The translations under genes were made by a program, and so were the position numbers. A stretch of 64,000 bases of DNA, from NCBI GenBank assembly GCA_965112155.1, contig OZ218107.1. One strand, written 5' to 3'. Below are positions 47,888 through 60,986 of this stretch, in pieces. Below the pieces are notes generated by a model, which was not told the DNA's origin, ran no database searches, and worked only from the letters and a program-made list of their open reading frames with translations. Numbering within the stretch: the stretch's first letter is position 1; each line of letters opens with the position of its first letter. Origin of the DNA: Podarcis liolepis (taxonomy: Eukaryota).

Positions 47888-48028
47888 CTGGCTTTTGATG
47901 TGATTGTTGGGGTTGTATTTCACCGGACTCTATTATATTGTTGTTTTAATGGGGCTGCTAAATTTGTAACCCACTTGCTTGCAATGAAGAGCGGGATAGA
48001 AATGCTTTTAATAAATAATAATAATAAT
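47888..48028 (+). mobile_element. L2-like 3' tail
   Basis: ggcttttga..ttgtaacccacttg..gaagagcgggatagaaat plus (aat)n. Confidence 0.55.
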
Positions 48029-49074
48029 CTAGGTCTAAAGATCTGGAGTGCACTAGGTTGTCTTATTTAGTGCATATTGAAATTCTACACATTTGAGCAG
48101 GTTGAAAGTGAAGGGCAGTGTGACAATATAACTATAGGGGGTTATTTTAAAAATTAAATACAAAAGCATGCATAGCAGACTAGAAAGAAATGCACACCTA
48201 GAAGTGAATATTTTCCTCTTGGGCAGCAAGCTTCTCCAGTAGTGATTGTCTCATTTGGCTTTCTCACAGTTCAATATACTCTGAGCAGTTTGCCAATATG
48301 ATGACTGCAAGATTTTGCTCTTCTCTTCATGTTGTTTCCTGCCTTCCAAGTTCTCTTGGGGCTTCAAATGGTGCTTGAGGAGGGCATGTGATGTGCAACT
48401 CAAGTCTTTCAACATTTGCTAGGAAACAAGTCCCGTTAATTTCCCCTCGGGCAACAAAATGTCTTGGGCCAACCAAGATGGTAGATTTCCTCAACATATA
48501 ACTGGCGCAGTGCAATATGTGGCATAACATAAGGAGGTAACAAATTTTGTGCTGTACCAAATTGTAGCTTGCATTCATTAACCACCAGCAAACAGCTGCC
48601 ATCAGTTGGGAGGAGGTGGGAGAAAACATACTTGCCCCATTTCCCAAAACCATGTTTGCATCCTGCCAGCCGTGGAGCTTGAACTTCCATGGTAATTTAT
48701 CTAATTTGGGACAGAAGGAAGTGGCCACACACTGAGGACCACTGCCCAGCCTTGAGTTGCACTTCACGTCCTCGGAGCTGCTCCAATGGCCTGTCTGAGT
48801 GCTCCACGAGGCCAGCCTGCTGGAGCAATTAATGCAGTGCTAGGGAAAGGGAGCTCTGCAGTTACTCAGGAAATCACTCAGCCATTCCCAGCAGCTCTGA
48901 CTGGAGCTCTATCTATAATTGAAGAGCTCTGGGAGGTTTGCAAGCTAGTGGTTCTCCTCCAATTAGGGCTAAAAGGCTGCATTTATTAACAACTGGCTTG
49001 TTTAAATAGCAGCACTTCAATATACACAGTGTGACTGAGGAAGGCACTGGGAAACTGAGAGCTGGGAGAAAAGG

Positions 49075-49075
<1 letters not shown>

Positions 49076-49126
<51 letters not shown>
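49076..49126. repeat. (CA)n microsatellite
   Basis: Direct reading. Confidence 0.97.
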
Positions 49127-49129
<3 letters not shown>

Positions 49130-49545
49130 TCCCTTCCACTTCAGCAGGGTCTCAGTAGCTGTCCACTTACTGGTGCTGAATGGCTCCTGGGATGCAATCT
49201 CTTCTGCACAGGAGAGTTGGCACTTGCACAGCCATGATCCCAGCCGTCCTCCCTTGCATTAATGCTTCACTCGTTCTTAGGCCACTGAGGCTTGTTGTTT
49301 TCACTCCAAAGGAGAATCAGCTGAGGTCTTGTGGAGGAAGCACCAAAGGGAGAGGAGCAAAGTGGAATGCCGTTTGGCTTTCCTGCGGGGGGGGGGGGGG
49401 AGGCCTGAGTCTGCTCACACGGTGCTTGTACTTTTCCAACCCAAGAGGCTTTCCCACTTTCCACCTTCCCAGAAGCTTATGCTGGCTTCTAAAATTTGTT
49501 CAGAAATCAGCCTCCTCTCACATCCTCAGTTTTCTCTCAAACGTG

Positions 49546-49671
49546 GGAACGATGGGGAACTTGAGGCCTTCCAGATGCTGTTGGACTCAGATTCCCATCA
49601 GCCCCAGCCAGAAAGCCCAATGGTCAAGAATGTCCAGCAATATCTGAAGGGCCACAGGTTCCCCAACCCTT
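49546..49671. mobile_element. Palindromic hAT-type MITE (internally deleted)
   Basis: ggggaacttgaggccttccagatgctgttggac / gtccagcaatatctgaagggccacaggttcccc inverted arms. Confidence 0.7.
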
Positions 49672-49928
49672 GCAGGGTCTGTGTGCTGGAAGCAGTTTGT
49701 TTATTTATTTATTTATTTTTAATGCAAAAGAATATTTCAAACACTAAAAGCCACAGTGCTAAATGTTGAATGACCTCAAGCTTTCCCAGTGCCCCTGTTT
49801 TTACCCCATAAACTCTTAATTTCCCTCAGAAAATTTCATAGCCAAGTTCTATCTGGACTAATTCAGGATGGCTCTTACTCTTGCCTGGCCTTAGCCAAAA
49901 CTATATCTTGGTCTGTAGGCTGCTGCGT

Positions 49929-49930
<2 letters not shown>

Positions 49931-49970
<40 letters not shown>
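49931..49970. repeat. (AC)20 microsatellite
   Basis: Direct reading. Confidence 0.97.
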
Positions 49971-49972
<2 letters not shown>

Positions 49973-52594
49973 CAAGTAAGAAGTTTTGTTGGAGAACTGC
50001 AATAAAATGTGCCCTCAGTTCCTAACAAGAGGGTTCCTCTTCAGAGCTCTAGACAGAACCTGAGCTTTGAAAGGCTCATTAGGAGGAGGGTCCAAGACGA
50101 GGAAAAGAAAAACACTCTGTCTTCCCACACAGTGCTATACAGTGCTAAAAGGCTGAGGATGAGGCAGCAGTCCCACTGGGACAGTGTGGAGATGAGGCAG
50201 GGCGGTGGCAAGGTTCTCCCGCACTGACCTCACTGCCACTCTGCCTACCCTGTGCTGAGGCAGGGATGTCTGCAGCCAGGAGACCAGGTCTATGGTGCTG
50301 CCCTCTGCTCCAGTTGCTCCTGCCTGGGCATTAACTTACCACACAGCACTGAGCTTATGAGGTGCTTCGCCACTGATAACAGTAATAATAATGTATAGTG
50401 AAGGGAAATGGACAGAAAAGAAAAGGCAAAATAAAGGAGGGGCAGAGATTAGCAGTGGAAGGCTAGATGTTCGCAATTTCAAGGGGAGAGGTGTGCATGA
50501 GCTTGTGTTTTTAATGCAGGTTGCCCAAATAGGTCTGTCCAGGTAACTCATTACATAAGAATGACTGCCTGGATTGATCTCTAGACCTTGAAATGCAGAA
50601 AAATCCCTGGGTAATGGATGTTATTAGGTGGTCAAAGCAAAAGGAACACACTCTGGGTTACTCTCACAGCCCTTCTTGGAAATGTAAGAAATCAAACCGA
50701 CAACTTTCTGAATGCAAAGCAGACTCTCTGACACTGAGGTGCAGCCCTCCACCTGCCCTTGAAATTTGTATCAACTTTGGGAGGCAATCCCACCATTGGC
50801 ACTAATGAGAAATTGCTTCTATTTTTATAATAATATTTAAATCAGATGAATGGAAATTGAAAAGCAAAACATTGAGTCAGCTGTAAATAAAATTTGTCCC
50901 CCAACAGAGTCACTTATATTTCAAAATTAATAATTCCAGTCTAATGCAGGGCCTTTATGTTAGCCCGACTGAATGTTTTCCCCTCAGCTTTTATCAAGGG
51001 CAGATATTTAAACACCCCTTGAAACGACAGACATTGCGGATTTTTTTTGAATGTGCTAGACACAGTAGAACCTATTCTTTTCTACTGTCCATTGTACAAC
51101 CAGCTACGCAAGCGTGAGCTATCCCCTTTTTTGGGGTAGTCTAACATCATGGCACAATGAAAATATCAGATTCTATCTGTCTGTCATTAACCCAGAAGTA
51201 AGGGGGGCTGAGTTTTTATCAATAGTATTTCTCATAGTTGTGAATGGCACTATTTCATGGGAAGAAACTCCAGTGAAAATACTCATTATTACATGGCTAT
51301 TTATTTGTATATATTTTAAAATGTTATATATGGATGTTTTATGATGGCCTATATTTGTAATGCCTAATAAAAGTTTGGCGAAGTAAGTAAGAGAAATTGC
51401 TTCCAATCACCATCTTCTAATTCAGACCCTGAAGTGCCTCTAGTATTAACATCTCCCTTGCTTTTGAGCTGGGGAGAAGTGAATCAACAGTCCTTTTGGT
51501 CAACTTCTAATTCCGTCTCTCTATAATTCTCCTTCCCACCCACCAGATTGTACGATCAGCCGGGGCCCAAAATACTTCCAGCCTTAGAGATTCCAGAGAG
51601 CAGAAATGAATGGAAAGTTTATCACTGATAACCCAAGCCATTTAGTTCTCTGTTTGCTGTTTTCTTTTCATGAAATATACAGGAAAAGATACAAAGACGG
51701 AAAGGTCAGCTTTCCTCTGTGGTTCCAGAAGCAATATTATGTTCAGGCAAAGGCCACATCAGTATCCGTCAGTCAGTTTTCCCCCTGAATTGTCTTAAGC
51801 TTAGACTTTCTCTCTCTCTCTTCTGAGACCTATGAGACTTTGGGGGACCAGTGAAGCAGAAAGCAGAAGGCACTCTTCTTCAGAGCTATACGGAACCAGA
51901 GAGTCTGGAAATGCAGCAATTAAAAGTGCTGTCCCAATTTCATCTTCTTCTTCTTGCAGCCTCTAACTGGATGCTAAAGTAAACTAATGACACTTTGAAT
52001 GCTCCTCAAAATTCTCCTGATAGTGAACATCAGCATTTGACGGGCAATGATTGTTTAGCAGCAGTCAGTATTTGATGGTATCTGCCTCTCAGCTGACATG
52101 CAGTACTTTGTCAGTGTGGTCTAACAGACAGAGCTGCCTATTGATTTCTCAGGGAGGCAAAATCAGCACCAAGCCTACCACTCCAGATGAACTGGACTGG
52201 GGACGGAATCTGCATCCAGAGCGAATGGTAACTGTGCAGCTGAGGGAATCTTCTCCTCTGCGCTGGGAAGTAGTATGCAGTCTCCGCATTGCACTGCACC
52301 TCTATCTTTCCGAATGTAGCACCAATTAAGTAGAGGAAACAAAACATTGCATTTTAATTGCCCTTTGTGACGGCTGCTAGTTCCCCAGAGACAGATTCTG
52401 CGGAGGCTTTTTTTGGGCAAAGTCCAGCAGTGCCCCGAGAAATATTGAAAATAGAAGACATCAGGTTTGGCAGAAGAAAAAAGTCCACTGCACCTTGGCT
52501 AAGGGAATATTCTAAAGGAAGCTTTCCAAAGCTAAGGGAGAACGCCAGCTTGCCCAATTCCCATTAAAATGTTAGGCATCAGAAAGACTCACGG

Positions 52595-52880
52595 GCCTTT
52601 CCCCTGAGCTGTGGAATTCCCTTCCCACAGTAGTGCATCTGCCACCTTCATTGTATGGCCCTTTTGCCAATATGCTGAAGATCTGCCTCTTTGCTCTGGC
52701 CTTTGACAGCAGATATAGATAGACAGAGATATTAGATTAGAGAGAGAATAGGTCGCATCCTGACTATAAATGGTTTTAGCTGATTTTAATCTCGTATTTT
52801 TAAATTATTGTAACCCATCCTGGGGTCTTATGGTGAAGACCAGGAAAGATGATGACAGTGGTAATGATGATAAGTAATAA
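52595..52880 (+). mobile_element. L2-like LINE 3' end
   Basis: ctgtggaattcccttccc..ctgaaga..ctctttgctctggcctttg..ttgtaacccatcctgggg plus a (gat/taa) tail. Confidence 0.6.
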
Positions 52881-54019
52881 TTTTGACCACATTTCTGTGG
52901 GTCCTGAACACACCCATATTTTTATTACCTATTGGGCAGGAAAGGAGATGTTATAAGCTGCTTTCTGGTTGCTTTGATGGTTCCCCATTTATTTACGGTA
53001 TTTTCTTTTTCTGAAACTTCCAGGTTGCCTGTCTTTTCTTCTACAAACATCCCTTTCTTTTCCTAGCAAGGAAGTGCTGACACCCCCCCATTTATAGTTA
53101 ATTATACCAGCCTTTGAGATCACATGGTTATTTATCCAGGGTGGGGGGTGGGAGGTGGGAATAGGTCTGAAGGTGGAGTGACATATGCTCATTTCTTGCA
53201 AATGCTTGCTGTTGTATAGGTGGTTACTCCTTCCAGCGCAGCTAGGACATCACTTCTCACCATTTCTGGTTATATGATCACCTGGTACCCCAGCATATCC
53301 CCATTGATTCCTGTTTAGGTACAATCTAGCTTCTCCTTGCTTTCCAGAATGTTGACATGATGACTTCATTCACACCAATACGTCAGCTAAGCCCTCTTAA
53401 ACTTATACCAGTCTTGCCTTTACTTCTGGGGATGTTGTTTGATGTGCATATGAGATTTTTCTGTCTTCCATAAGATTAGAAATCAGAACCATTCAATGAA
53501 ACTGATTGGCAGTAGATTTGAGACACGCAAACAAATCTGTGCAGTTTCAAACATGCTAATGGTCTCTTGAAATTCTCCACCTTGTTTGTGGATAGAGAAA
53601 CGGAGGTGGAACATTTCATCATATTTCTCCAGGGGAGGAGAATTTTTCCAACAGTTTCTTCATTAGTAGCAGCAGCAGCAGCAGCACAGTCTCTCTCTGT
53701 TTCTTTAAAGAATTGTTCATGGTCATTGTAAGTGGCAGCAACTATATTTTGAATCCAGCTCAGTGTCATGGGCCTAGTATTGGTTTGGGTTATTGTGTAT
53801 TGGGTGTGAAAGAATTATGGCCAACACACACACAAAAGATGGTGGAGACTATTGAAGGGAAATGCAGCAAAATTCTCATTTCCGGAGTGTTGTGGGGGTG
53901 TTGTATTGTGTTGTTATTGAGAAAAGTAATGATCTCAGAATTTTTCTCAGAAGAAAATGACTCCTCAACTTTACTTTCTCAACACTATATGACAAATAGA
54001 TGATAGACAGATAGATAAT

Positions 54020-54175
54020 CTGTTTCTCTACCATGTCCCCTTTTGGTCATTCTTTGCCCCAAACTCTAAAAAGGCTAGATCTTTGAGCCTTTCCCCATTG
54101 GGAAGACACTCCTTTTTTATACACCTTTTCCAGTTCTCCAGTACACTTTTTGAGTAGGGAGTACCCTCAAACAGA
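54020..54175 (-). mobile_element. Decayed CR1 fragment
   Basis: ctctaccatgtcccc..aaact..gcctttcccc..accttttccagttctcca..tttttgag; reverse-strand CR1 ORF2-like pattern. Confidence 0.4.
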
Positions 54176-54404
54176 GATAGATTGAGTCATGTGATCATTT
54201 TCAGGTTATAAAATTGAAATCCCCTTCATAAATGCATTCCATTTCTTTGCTCTTGAAACGTCTACTGTAACTAGGGTTAAACAGGTATTCGCCCTCCCCT
54301 CCCGTGGTCAGGAGTGCTGTGAAATTTAAATGTCTGTAAAGAGCTACGATTCAGCTAAAGTTAAATATGAACAAACATTATTGTCCTTTATATGAATTAG
54401 TACA

Positions 54405-54625
54405 AGATTTGGCATCAGGGAGCCTTGAAGTCTTGCTGCAATTCTGCTCTTGATATATTGAATGGCTTTGGGCAAGTCAAACGGACTCTTTCTCATTCCC
54501 TTTCACCATCTTTAAAGTGCGAATAACAATATCTACCTTCCGATCTGAGCTCTCAAGGGCATTGTGCAGATTAATTAATACTTGGCAATGGCTGTGCATG
54601 TCTTCGGAAAAGAGCATTAAATACC
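54405..54625 (+). mobile_element. MIR/CORE-SINE, old
   Basis: tggctttgggcaagtca..ctctttctc..catctttaaagtgcgaataacaata..agggcattgtgcagattaa matches the CORE domain pattern. Confidence 0.6.
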
Positions 54626-54882
54626 AGCTGTTATCAGAATGTCAGTGTGCCTTCCTTGCGCTTATGGTTCTTGCAGACTGACGTGCTGATATATGACGAC
54701 TTCATGTGGGTCCTTTGGCATTCCTTGCTGGGTATTGGTGTCAGGCACGATTCACTGATTTCCCCAAGTAATGACAGCTTCTCTTCTGTCTGATTTACAA
54801 TCCACTGGTGGGTGCTCTTGTAATGAGCTCACACCTTCTTTCAGAATCCTACCCAGGCCGTGGAAATGTCCTCCATTTATCC

Positions 54883-54984
54883 CAGCCTCCAACACCCTGG
54901 TGTCTTCTAGGATTTTAGAGTACAACTTCCAGGATGGGAGCTGTAGTCCAAGACAGCTGAAGGACATCAGGCTGGCAAATGCTG
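54883..54984. mobile_element. Short palindromic MITE (internally deleted)
   Basis: cagcctcca..cctggtgtcttc..tacaacttcca / gatgggagctgtagtcc..gaaggacatcagg..gctg. Confidence 0.55.
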
Positions 54985-55301
54985 ATTTAACCTGTGTACC
55001 CCAGAAACCTTGGCTGGCCCTCACTTGCTCTTCTGTCACACAAATGAACTGCCAAACACAATGCAACACCTTTCCTTCTGCCAGACTGGAGGTTTATTTG
55101 TGAAGGGTTGCCCCAGCTACTTCCCTCAAAGCTTGATCAGCTGCCTTTTCTAATTTCTTGGTTCAACTATTTCAAAGAAGCATCCCGGAAATTCAAAATG
55201 AATTTCCAAAGTGGTGCACAATAAATAGGAATTAAAAATGAAAACACGTTTCAAATCCAACCTCAAATATTAAACCAACTGAGCAGAAGCAGGACAGAAA
55301 C

Positions 55302-55406
55302 AGGAGGAGGAGGAGGAGGAGGAGGAGGAGGAGGAGGAGAAGAAGAAGAAGAAGAAGAGGAGAAGGATGTGCTTGGCGAATGTTGTCAGTTTTCTCATAA
55401 AATGGA

Positions 55407-55476
<70 letters not shown>
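55302..55476. repeat. Compound (AGG)n(AGA)n ... (TC)24(AC)10 microsatellite cluster
   Basis: Direct reading. Confidence 0.95.
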
Positions 55477-56646
55477 CATTTTCACAACCTGGGGTATGGA
55501 GAGGTGAAATTGTGGGGGGAGAGATTTTATTACAGCTCTAAAAATCAGAACTCTAAATAGTGGCCAGCAACAAATATGAAGCCAGTTGTTCCAATGCTAA
55601 TCTGGGGTCAGGATGGAAACCAACCAGTTTCTTGTCTCCTTTCTCTGTTAATGAGCTTGCCTCTGATATGAATTATTCCTTTGCATAAATGAACTTGCAT
55701 TGCTCTGATAGATGAGATGCAGCTGTTCTGAAGGACTTGGCAGTCCCCAGTTCTTGATAACACACTAGTTAGCTCTCTCAAAATTCAGATTGTGCCTCCC
55801 AATAAATTGAACATCAGAGGCTTTCTTCGTCATCCCATAATTTTCTTCTCCTGCATTCAGCAGAAATGTTGCCAAGGCTTCAGCATCCTTTGTTAAAGAG
55901 AGGAATGGGTTTACTTGGAATCAGCACTCTCTGCTCACTGAGGGATGCAACAAGCGTGGCATAGGAGATCCATGATTGGTACCCTAATGGCATCCTTTAT
56001 GATCTAAATGCAGCTGCATGGGGAAGGGACAGGTGCTCCAATTCTGAGCAGAGCGGTAATTTGGGTGTGTGGGTGTGTCATTTAACTCTTTCTGCCCACT
56101 ACTGCTTCCCAGTTGAAACACCTCTCCCCCCCCCTCCGGGGTTGCTATAATTAGCCCCACAGGGGGAATTATGACACAGGTAAAAATGCTCGAGGGATTT
56201 GATCTGCTACATGGAGAGGAGGCAGAGTGAAGAGATGGTGATGGAAGGCAAAAGTGCTGGTGAATCCAAGTCAGCCCAGTGGACCCAGTGCATTTGTACC
56301 ATGCCAGTTATGCAAGTGCCTCTCCTCTCCCCCTTCGCTATCCCAGCATTGTGCCCTGCAGTCCTTATTTAACTAAACAAATAGCCAATGCAAAAGCAAG
56401 ACCTCTTGATCTGAAATTTAACCTTGACTTCAATGGGTAGAGTTTCATATCATCCGAGGAGCATTTGCTGGCACTGCTTCATTCCCTCTAAAAGCACAGG
56501 TCTTGGGTGCAACAAATGCTTCCTCCCAGGTTTCTGAATCATGTTGAAAAAGCCAAACGCTAACCGCAGAATGCAGGACTTTCCGGTAGGAAACAAATTC
56601 CTAGTCACAACAATAATGACAAACACGTTTACATCTCTATAGTAAC

Positions 56647-56647
56647 A

Positions 56648-56702
<55 letters not shown>
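56647..56702. repeat. (AAAG)14 microsatellite
   Basis: Direct reading. Confidence 0.97.
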
Positions 56703-56704
<2 letters not shown>

Positions 56705-57870
56705 TAGGTACTTTGGAGGCACATGGTGGACATGTAAAATATCTTCCTATAAGACTATTTATTTATTTATTTATTTATTTATTTTGCTCAAATTCAACCA
56801 GAAAAGAACTGACAAAGTTTCCTCTTGCGGAGAAAATTCCACCACCAAGTGTCAAGCACTGCTATATATATATATTTAAATTTCCCTTATGCTTAAACTC
56901 TCTCACTCTCTTGATTTCTTTCCATCCACCTGTACCCTTTCCAAGATGTTTGCTTCTTTAGAAAAGGAAATCTCTGTGTAATATATAGACAGAAGAAGAA
57001 TAAACAACAGAGAGGCGCCCTGTGATATTTGTGTACGAGTGGGGAGCGACTGGCTGTCATCCTGCAGGCTGGAGAACGCTCCTTGTGTGTCAAATGTTGG
57101 CTTCTCCCCCCTCATCAAAATGCCTTCCTTCCAGAGGGACTGGGGCAGGAGTAGCACGTAATTAATTTTTATTGTAAGAGTTCCCGTCTCTGGATGGTAT
57201 GTTTGCCAAGATGATAAAGTCTCCAGAACAATCGCAGACTTAATTATGAATCTCTTTCCAGGGAATAAAAGAATGGGAGTGGCTAGCAACAAAAAAAGGC
57301 GGTGGTGGCAGTGGAGGGAGGGTGACTGCAATGTAAGAATTGACTGTTTCTGGTGAGTTTTCTGAGGGTGAGGTGTTTTTCCCCCTGAGAATGATTGGAT
57401 TTCAAACCAGGGACAATGTGGAGCATGAATGTTAATGCTATGAAGACCACTGACACAAGTAACAATAATGACTCCATCCCATGAAGACTTAGCTCTTAAA
57501 TCTGAAAGAACTATTATTTTATTTCTATCCTGCTCCTACAGCCTCAGAATGGGGACTCAAGGTTGCTCATGAAAATTAAAAGAAATGCAGATAAAACACA
57601 CCTAGCTACAAACATATAGCATAAATTATCTATGAAATATATATGTGTGTGGGTGTGGGTGTATGCGCTAAAATCCAGATCAACACCACCACCACCAATA
57701 ATAACAACAACAACAACACAATGCAGCCCTTTCTTTAAAAGCTGTCAATTCTCAAAAGTCTCCATTTGCTCTTCAATTCCTGGCCTCTTTCTTCAGGAGT
57801 ACTCCTCTTGCCACCTACTTGCTCTTGCTTCCCCAGCTGAAGAGTTTGCAGGGATTTGCATGCCTTTCCT

Positions 57871-58207
57871 TGGGTTAAACCATAGAGCCTAGGACTTGCC
57901 GATCAGAAGGTCGGCAGTTCGAATCCCCGTGACGGGGTAAGCTCCCGTTGTTCGGTCCCTGCTCCTGCCAACCTAGCAGTTCGAAAGCACGTCAAAGTGC
58001 AAGTAGATAAATAGGTACTGCTGTGGCAGGAAGGTAAACGGCGTTTCTGTGCGCTGCTCTGGTTCACCAGAAGCAGCTTAGTCATGCTGGCCACATGACC
58101 TGGAAGCTGTACGCTGGCTCCCTTGGCCAGTAAAGCGAGATGAGCACCACAACCCATAGTCGGTCACGACTGGACCTAATGGTCAGGGGTCCCTTTACCT
58201 TTACCTT
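57871..58207 (+). mobile_element. Sauria SINE (Squam1), lacertid type, 5'-truncated
   Basis: tgggttaaaccatagagcctaggacttgccgatcagaaggtcggcagttcgaatccc (B-box) ... acctagcagttcgaaagc ... gctggccacatgacc ... ggtccctttacctttacc tail. Confidence 0.95.
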
Positions 58208-59577
58208 CTCCTCCATTCCCTTGCTTTTTGCCTATTACTTACTAGGTGAGATCTGCAAGGGACAAGTGAAGGGCAAAATGTATGAAAGACGTGATGTGAA
58301 CTGCTCTGTAGGCCTCAGAAATGCCTTTTCTGAGACTTTTCTAACTTTCCTGTTAACCTGATTGCTTCATGCAGTCATCATGTGATCTTGTCAGATCTCA
58401 GAAAGAAAGCACTGTTGGATATGGATGGAATTTGTCTTGGTGATCTTCAACTCAGGTCAATGAAAAAAAGTAGAAGGGCACTGGAGTCAATGGCAGTGTT
58501 GCCCTGGTCCACAATAGGGTTTTGCTAAGAATGAAAATGAGTTTTAGCCTCAAAAACACTCCCCTCAAAATTCTCTGAAAATTTTGAGGCAAATATTCTC
58601 TGATTACTTTCTGGATGTGTGGATATTCAACTAATATTTGATATTCACTATCAGCACCCAAAGTTTTTGGAGTAGTAGTCAACATTTTTGACAGTATTTG
58701 ATATGTAGTAATCATGATTTGATAGGACTTGTCTGCTGACATGCAACGGCTGTCAACATTTGACAGTATCTGAAAATGACACTGATTATAAGACAGCCTT
58801 TGACAGCCAGCATGCATTAGCAGTCAATATTTGACAGTTGCTGATAGAATAATTGCAATCAAATTTAGTAAATGTTGCATTAACTTCTGTTACCCAGCCA
58901 GTTCAAGCAAGATTCAGTTTTGACACCAAAACATAAACTGAGAACCTTACTTCATTTTGAAATTTTGCCAAATTTTGTTTCGGCTCAAATTCTGATCCAG
59001 CAGTCACATGTTCATTTCCCCACAAAAACATAAATACTAGTCCTTGGCACTTGTATATCTTTAAGATTTCTCTCGCTTGTGACAAAACTTAATGGATGTA
59101 TCTTGAATTGTCAGTTCAGGCATTCATATTACATACGCCATATTTATTTTTGCTATTTGCAGTGCTGTGTCCTCTTCCTTGCTCCTTGAAGCCTTGCTTG
59201 GATCCTTGTATATTGGGAACTGTTAACCACTGCCTCATGTGGTAAGCTCCATAAAATGCAGGCTCTTGGGAATGAACTTTCTAGATCTGGCCTGGCTTTT
59301 TCCACCTATGCTGGCCATTGGTTCTTCCTGGGCAGGAAGGAGGAGATGAGCACTTCTTTTCCAAGCTGAGTTTTGCTGGCACAATCTCCACACAAGCTCT
59401 AGTGTGTCTTGCATTTCTGATCATGGTCCCGGTTCTGACCTGTGCCTTGTTCTCCATTCCTGCACTCTAGTTTGCTGTCTGATCTGGATTATTATTTGGT
59501 CCTCACTCCTCACTTGTCCTCTGATCTTGCCTTCTGAGTTGCCTTCTGCTTCTGATTGCTCCTTGGTCTTGATTCAC

Positions 59578-59768
59578 AGGAGCATATGATGCTTTCTTGT
59601 ACCAAATCAGATCACTGGTCCATCTAGCTCTGTATTGTCTACACTCTAACTAGCAGCAGTTCTCCCGGGTTTCAGATGCGGGTCTCTTCCTGCCTTATTT
59701 TGGAGACTGAACCTAGGTCCTTCTACAAACCAAGTAGATATTCCACCCATGAACTATGAGCTTCCCCC
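59578..59768 (-). mobile_element. tRNA-derived squamate SINE (Squam2-type), degenerate
   Basis: tcagatcactggtccatctagctctgtattgtctacact..ctgaaccta..gaactatg. Confidence 0.7.
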
Positions 59769-60007
59769 AAGACTGCTGGCTTGTTCTGTCTGGAACCCAG
59801 GACACCTGGCACTGCCTCCAGGTTGCCTTTGAATCCTAGTGCCCCATCCAGTTTGGGATCTCACTTCCTGGCTTTACCCAAACTAGTTCCCATGACCCAT
59901 CCCTGGCACTCTGTGAGATCTGTTCCTTCTCACAACATAGGTAAATTTCAGTGGCAATCAAATGATCTCCACAGAATTGTACACACAGATCTCTCAAAGA
60001 ATGAGTA

Positions 60008-60266
60008 CCGTATTTTTTGCTCTATAAGACTCACTTTTCCCCTCCTAAAAAGTAAGGAGAAATGTGTGTGTGTCTTATGGAGCAAATGCAGGCTGTGCAG
60101 CTATCCCAGAAGACAGAACAGCAAGAGGGATTGTTGCTTTCGCTGCACAGTGATCCCTCTTCCTGTTCTGGCTTCTGGGATTTGGAATATTTTTTTTCTT
60201 GTTTCCCTCCTCCAAAAACTAGGTGAGTCTTATGGTCTGGTGCGTCTTATAGAGCGAAAAATACGG
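60008..60266. mobile_element. Tc1/mariner (Tc2/pogo-like) MITE, short variant of the 38885 family
   Basis: TIRs ccgtattttttgctctataagactcac / gtgcgtcttatagagcgaaaaatacgg; TA duplication within an agTAct target. Confidence 0.9.
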
Positions 60267-60804
60267 TACTTAATCCTGGGAGAATGTTGCTTTGCCTCTA
60301 TATTGAATCCTAGCTGTGGAAGCATTCCTTTGTTCAAATTCAGAAAACAATAATGCCCAGAATTTATCTTAATCACTGTGCATTGGCTCTTCAAAAGGAT
60401 TCACACCCTAAAACTGATAAGCTGCCTGCATAGGAGGTTTGCATGTAGATATCACGAAGCAGCATAAAGCATGAATCACACTGCAGTCTCAAGCTGAATG
60501 ACAATCTGGCCTGGCATGGTGGAGACTGTGAAGGAGTGGTATGGTGCTCCAAATCTGTTAGATCAGATATATATCATAATAGGGCCATATTTCAATGCTG
60601 CCTTGGCTTTGGCAGCTGCTTCAGCAGAGCCCTGCCCAACACGCCCCACTATATGGAGGGATTAAGGTGACATGGCAACTTCCTTTGCCACTGTCACCAC
60701 AAGGGGTTGCTTGCCCCTCTGGACCCACCTGACGTGAGAGGAGCAGCATGCAATCAGACCATGCTGAATGGGCTTCTGCATTGCAAAGGAGAGACATAGC
60801 TAGT

Positions 60805-60986
60805 GGAAAGGGCCATAGCTCAGTGGTGTAGCCTTCTGTTTTACATGCAGAACATGCCAGGTTCAATTCTCAGCATCTCCAGAAAGGGCTCAAAATGTCT
60901 CCTGCTGAAAAACCTGGAGAACCTCAGTTTAGGCAGTACTGAAGTAGATAGATCAATGACCTGACTCTGCATAAGACAACTTCCTA
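60805..60986 (+). mobile_element. tRNA-derived squamate SINE (Squam2-type), near full length
   Basis: gggccatagctcagtgg (A-box), ggttcaattc (B-box), tail ctgactctgcataagacaacttccta. Confidence 0.85.

Noticed and set aside
59781-60353. 190-aa ORF (also 38963-39558 and 57903-58157)
   Set aside because: They run through MITE or SINE sequence; no transposase DDE or RT motifs.
60805-60880. tRNA gene (also at 1480-1549 and 57871-57935)
   Set aside because: The A/B boxes belong to SINE heads; there is no cloverleaf, and SINE bodies and tails follow.
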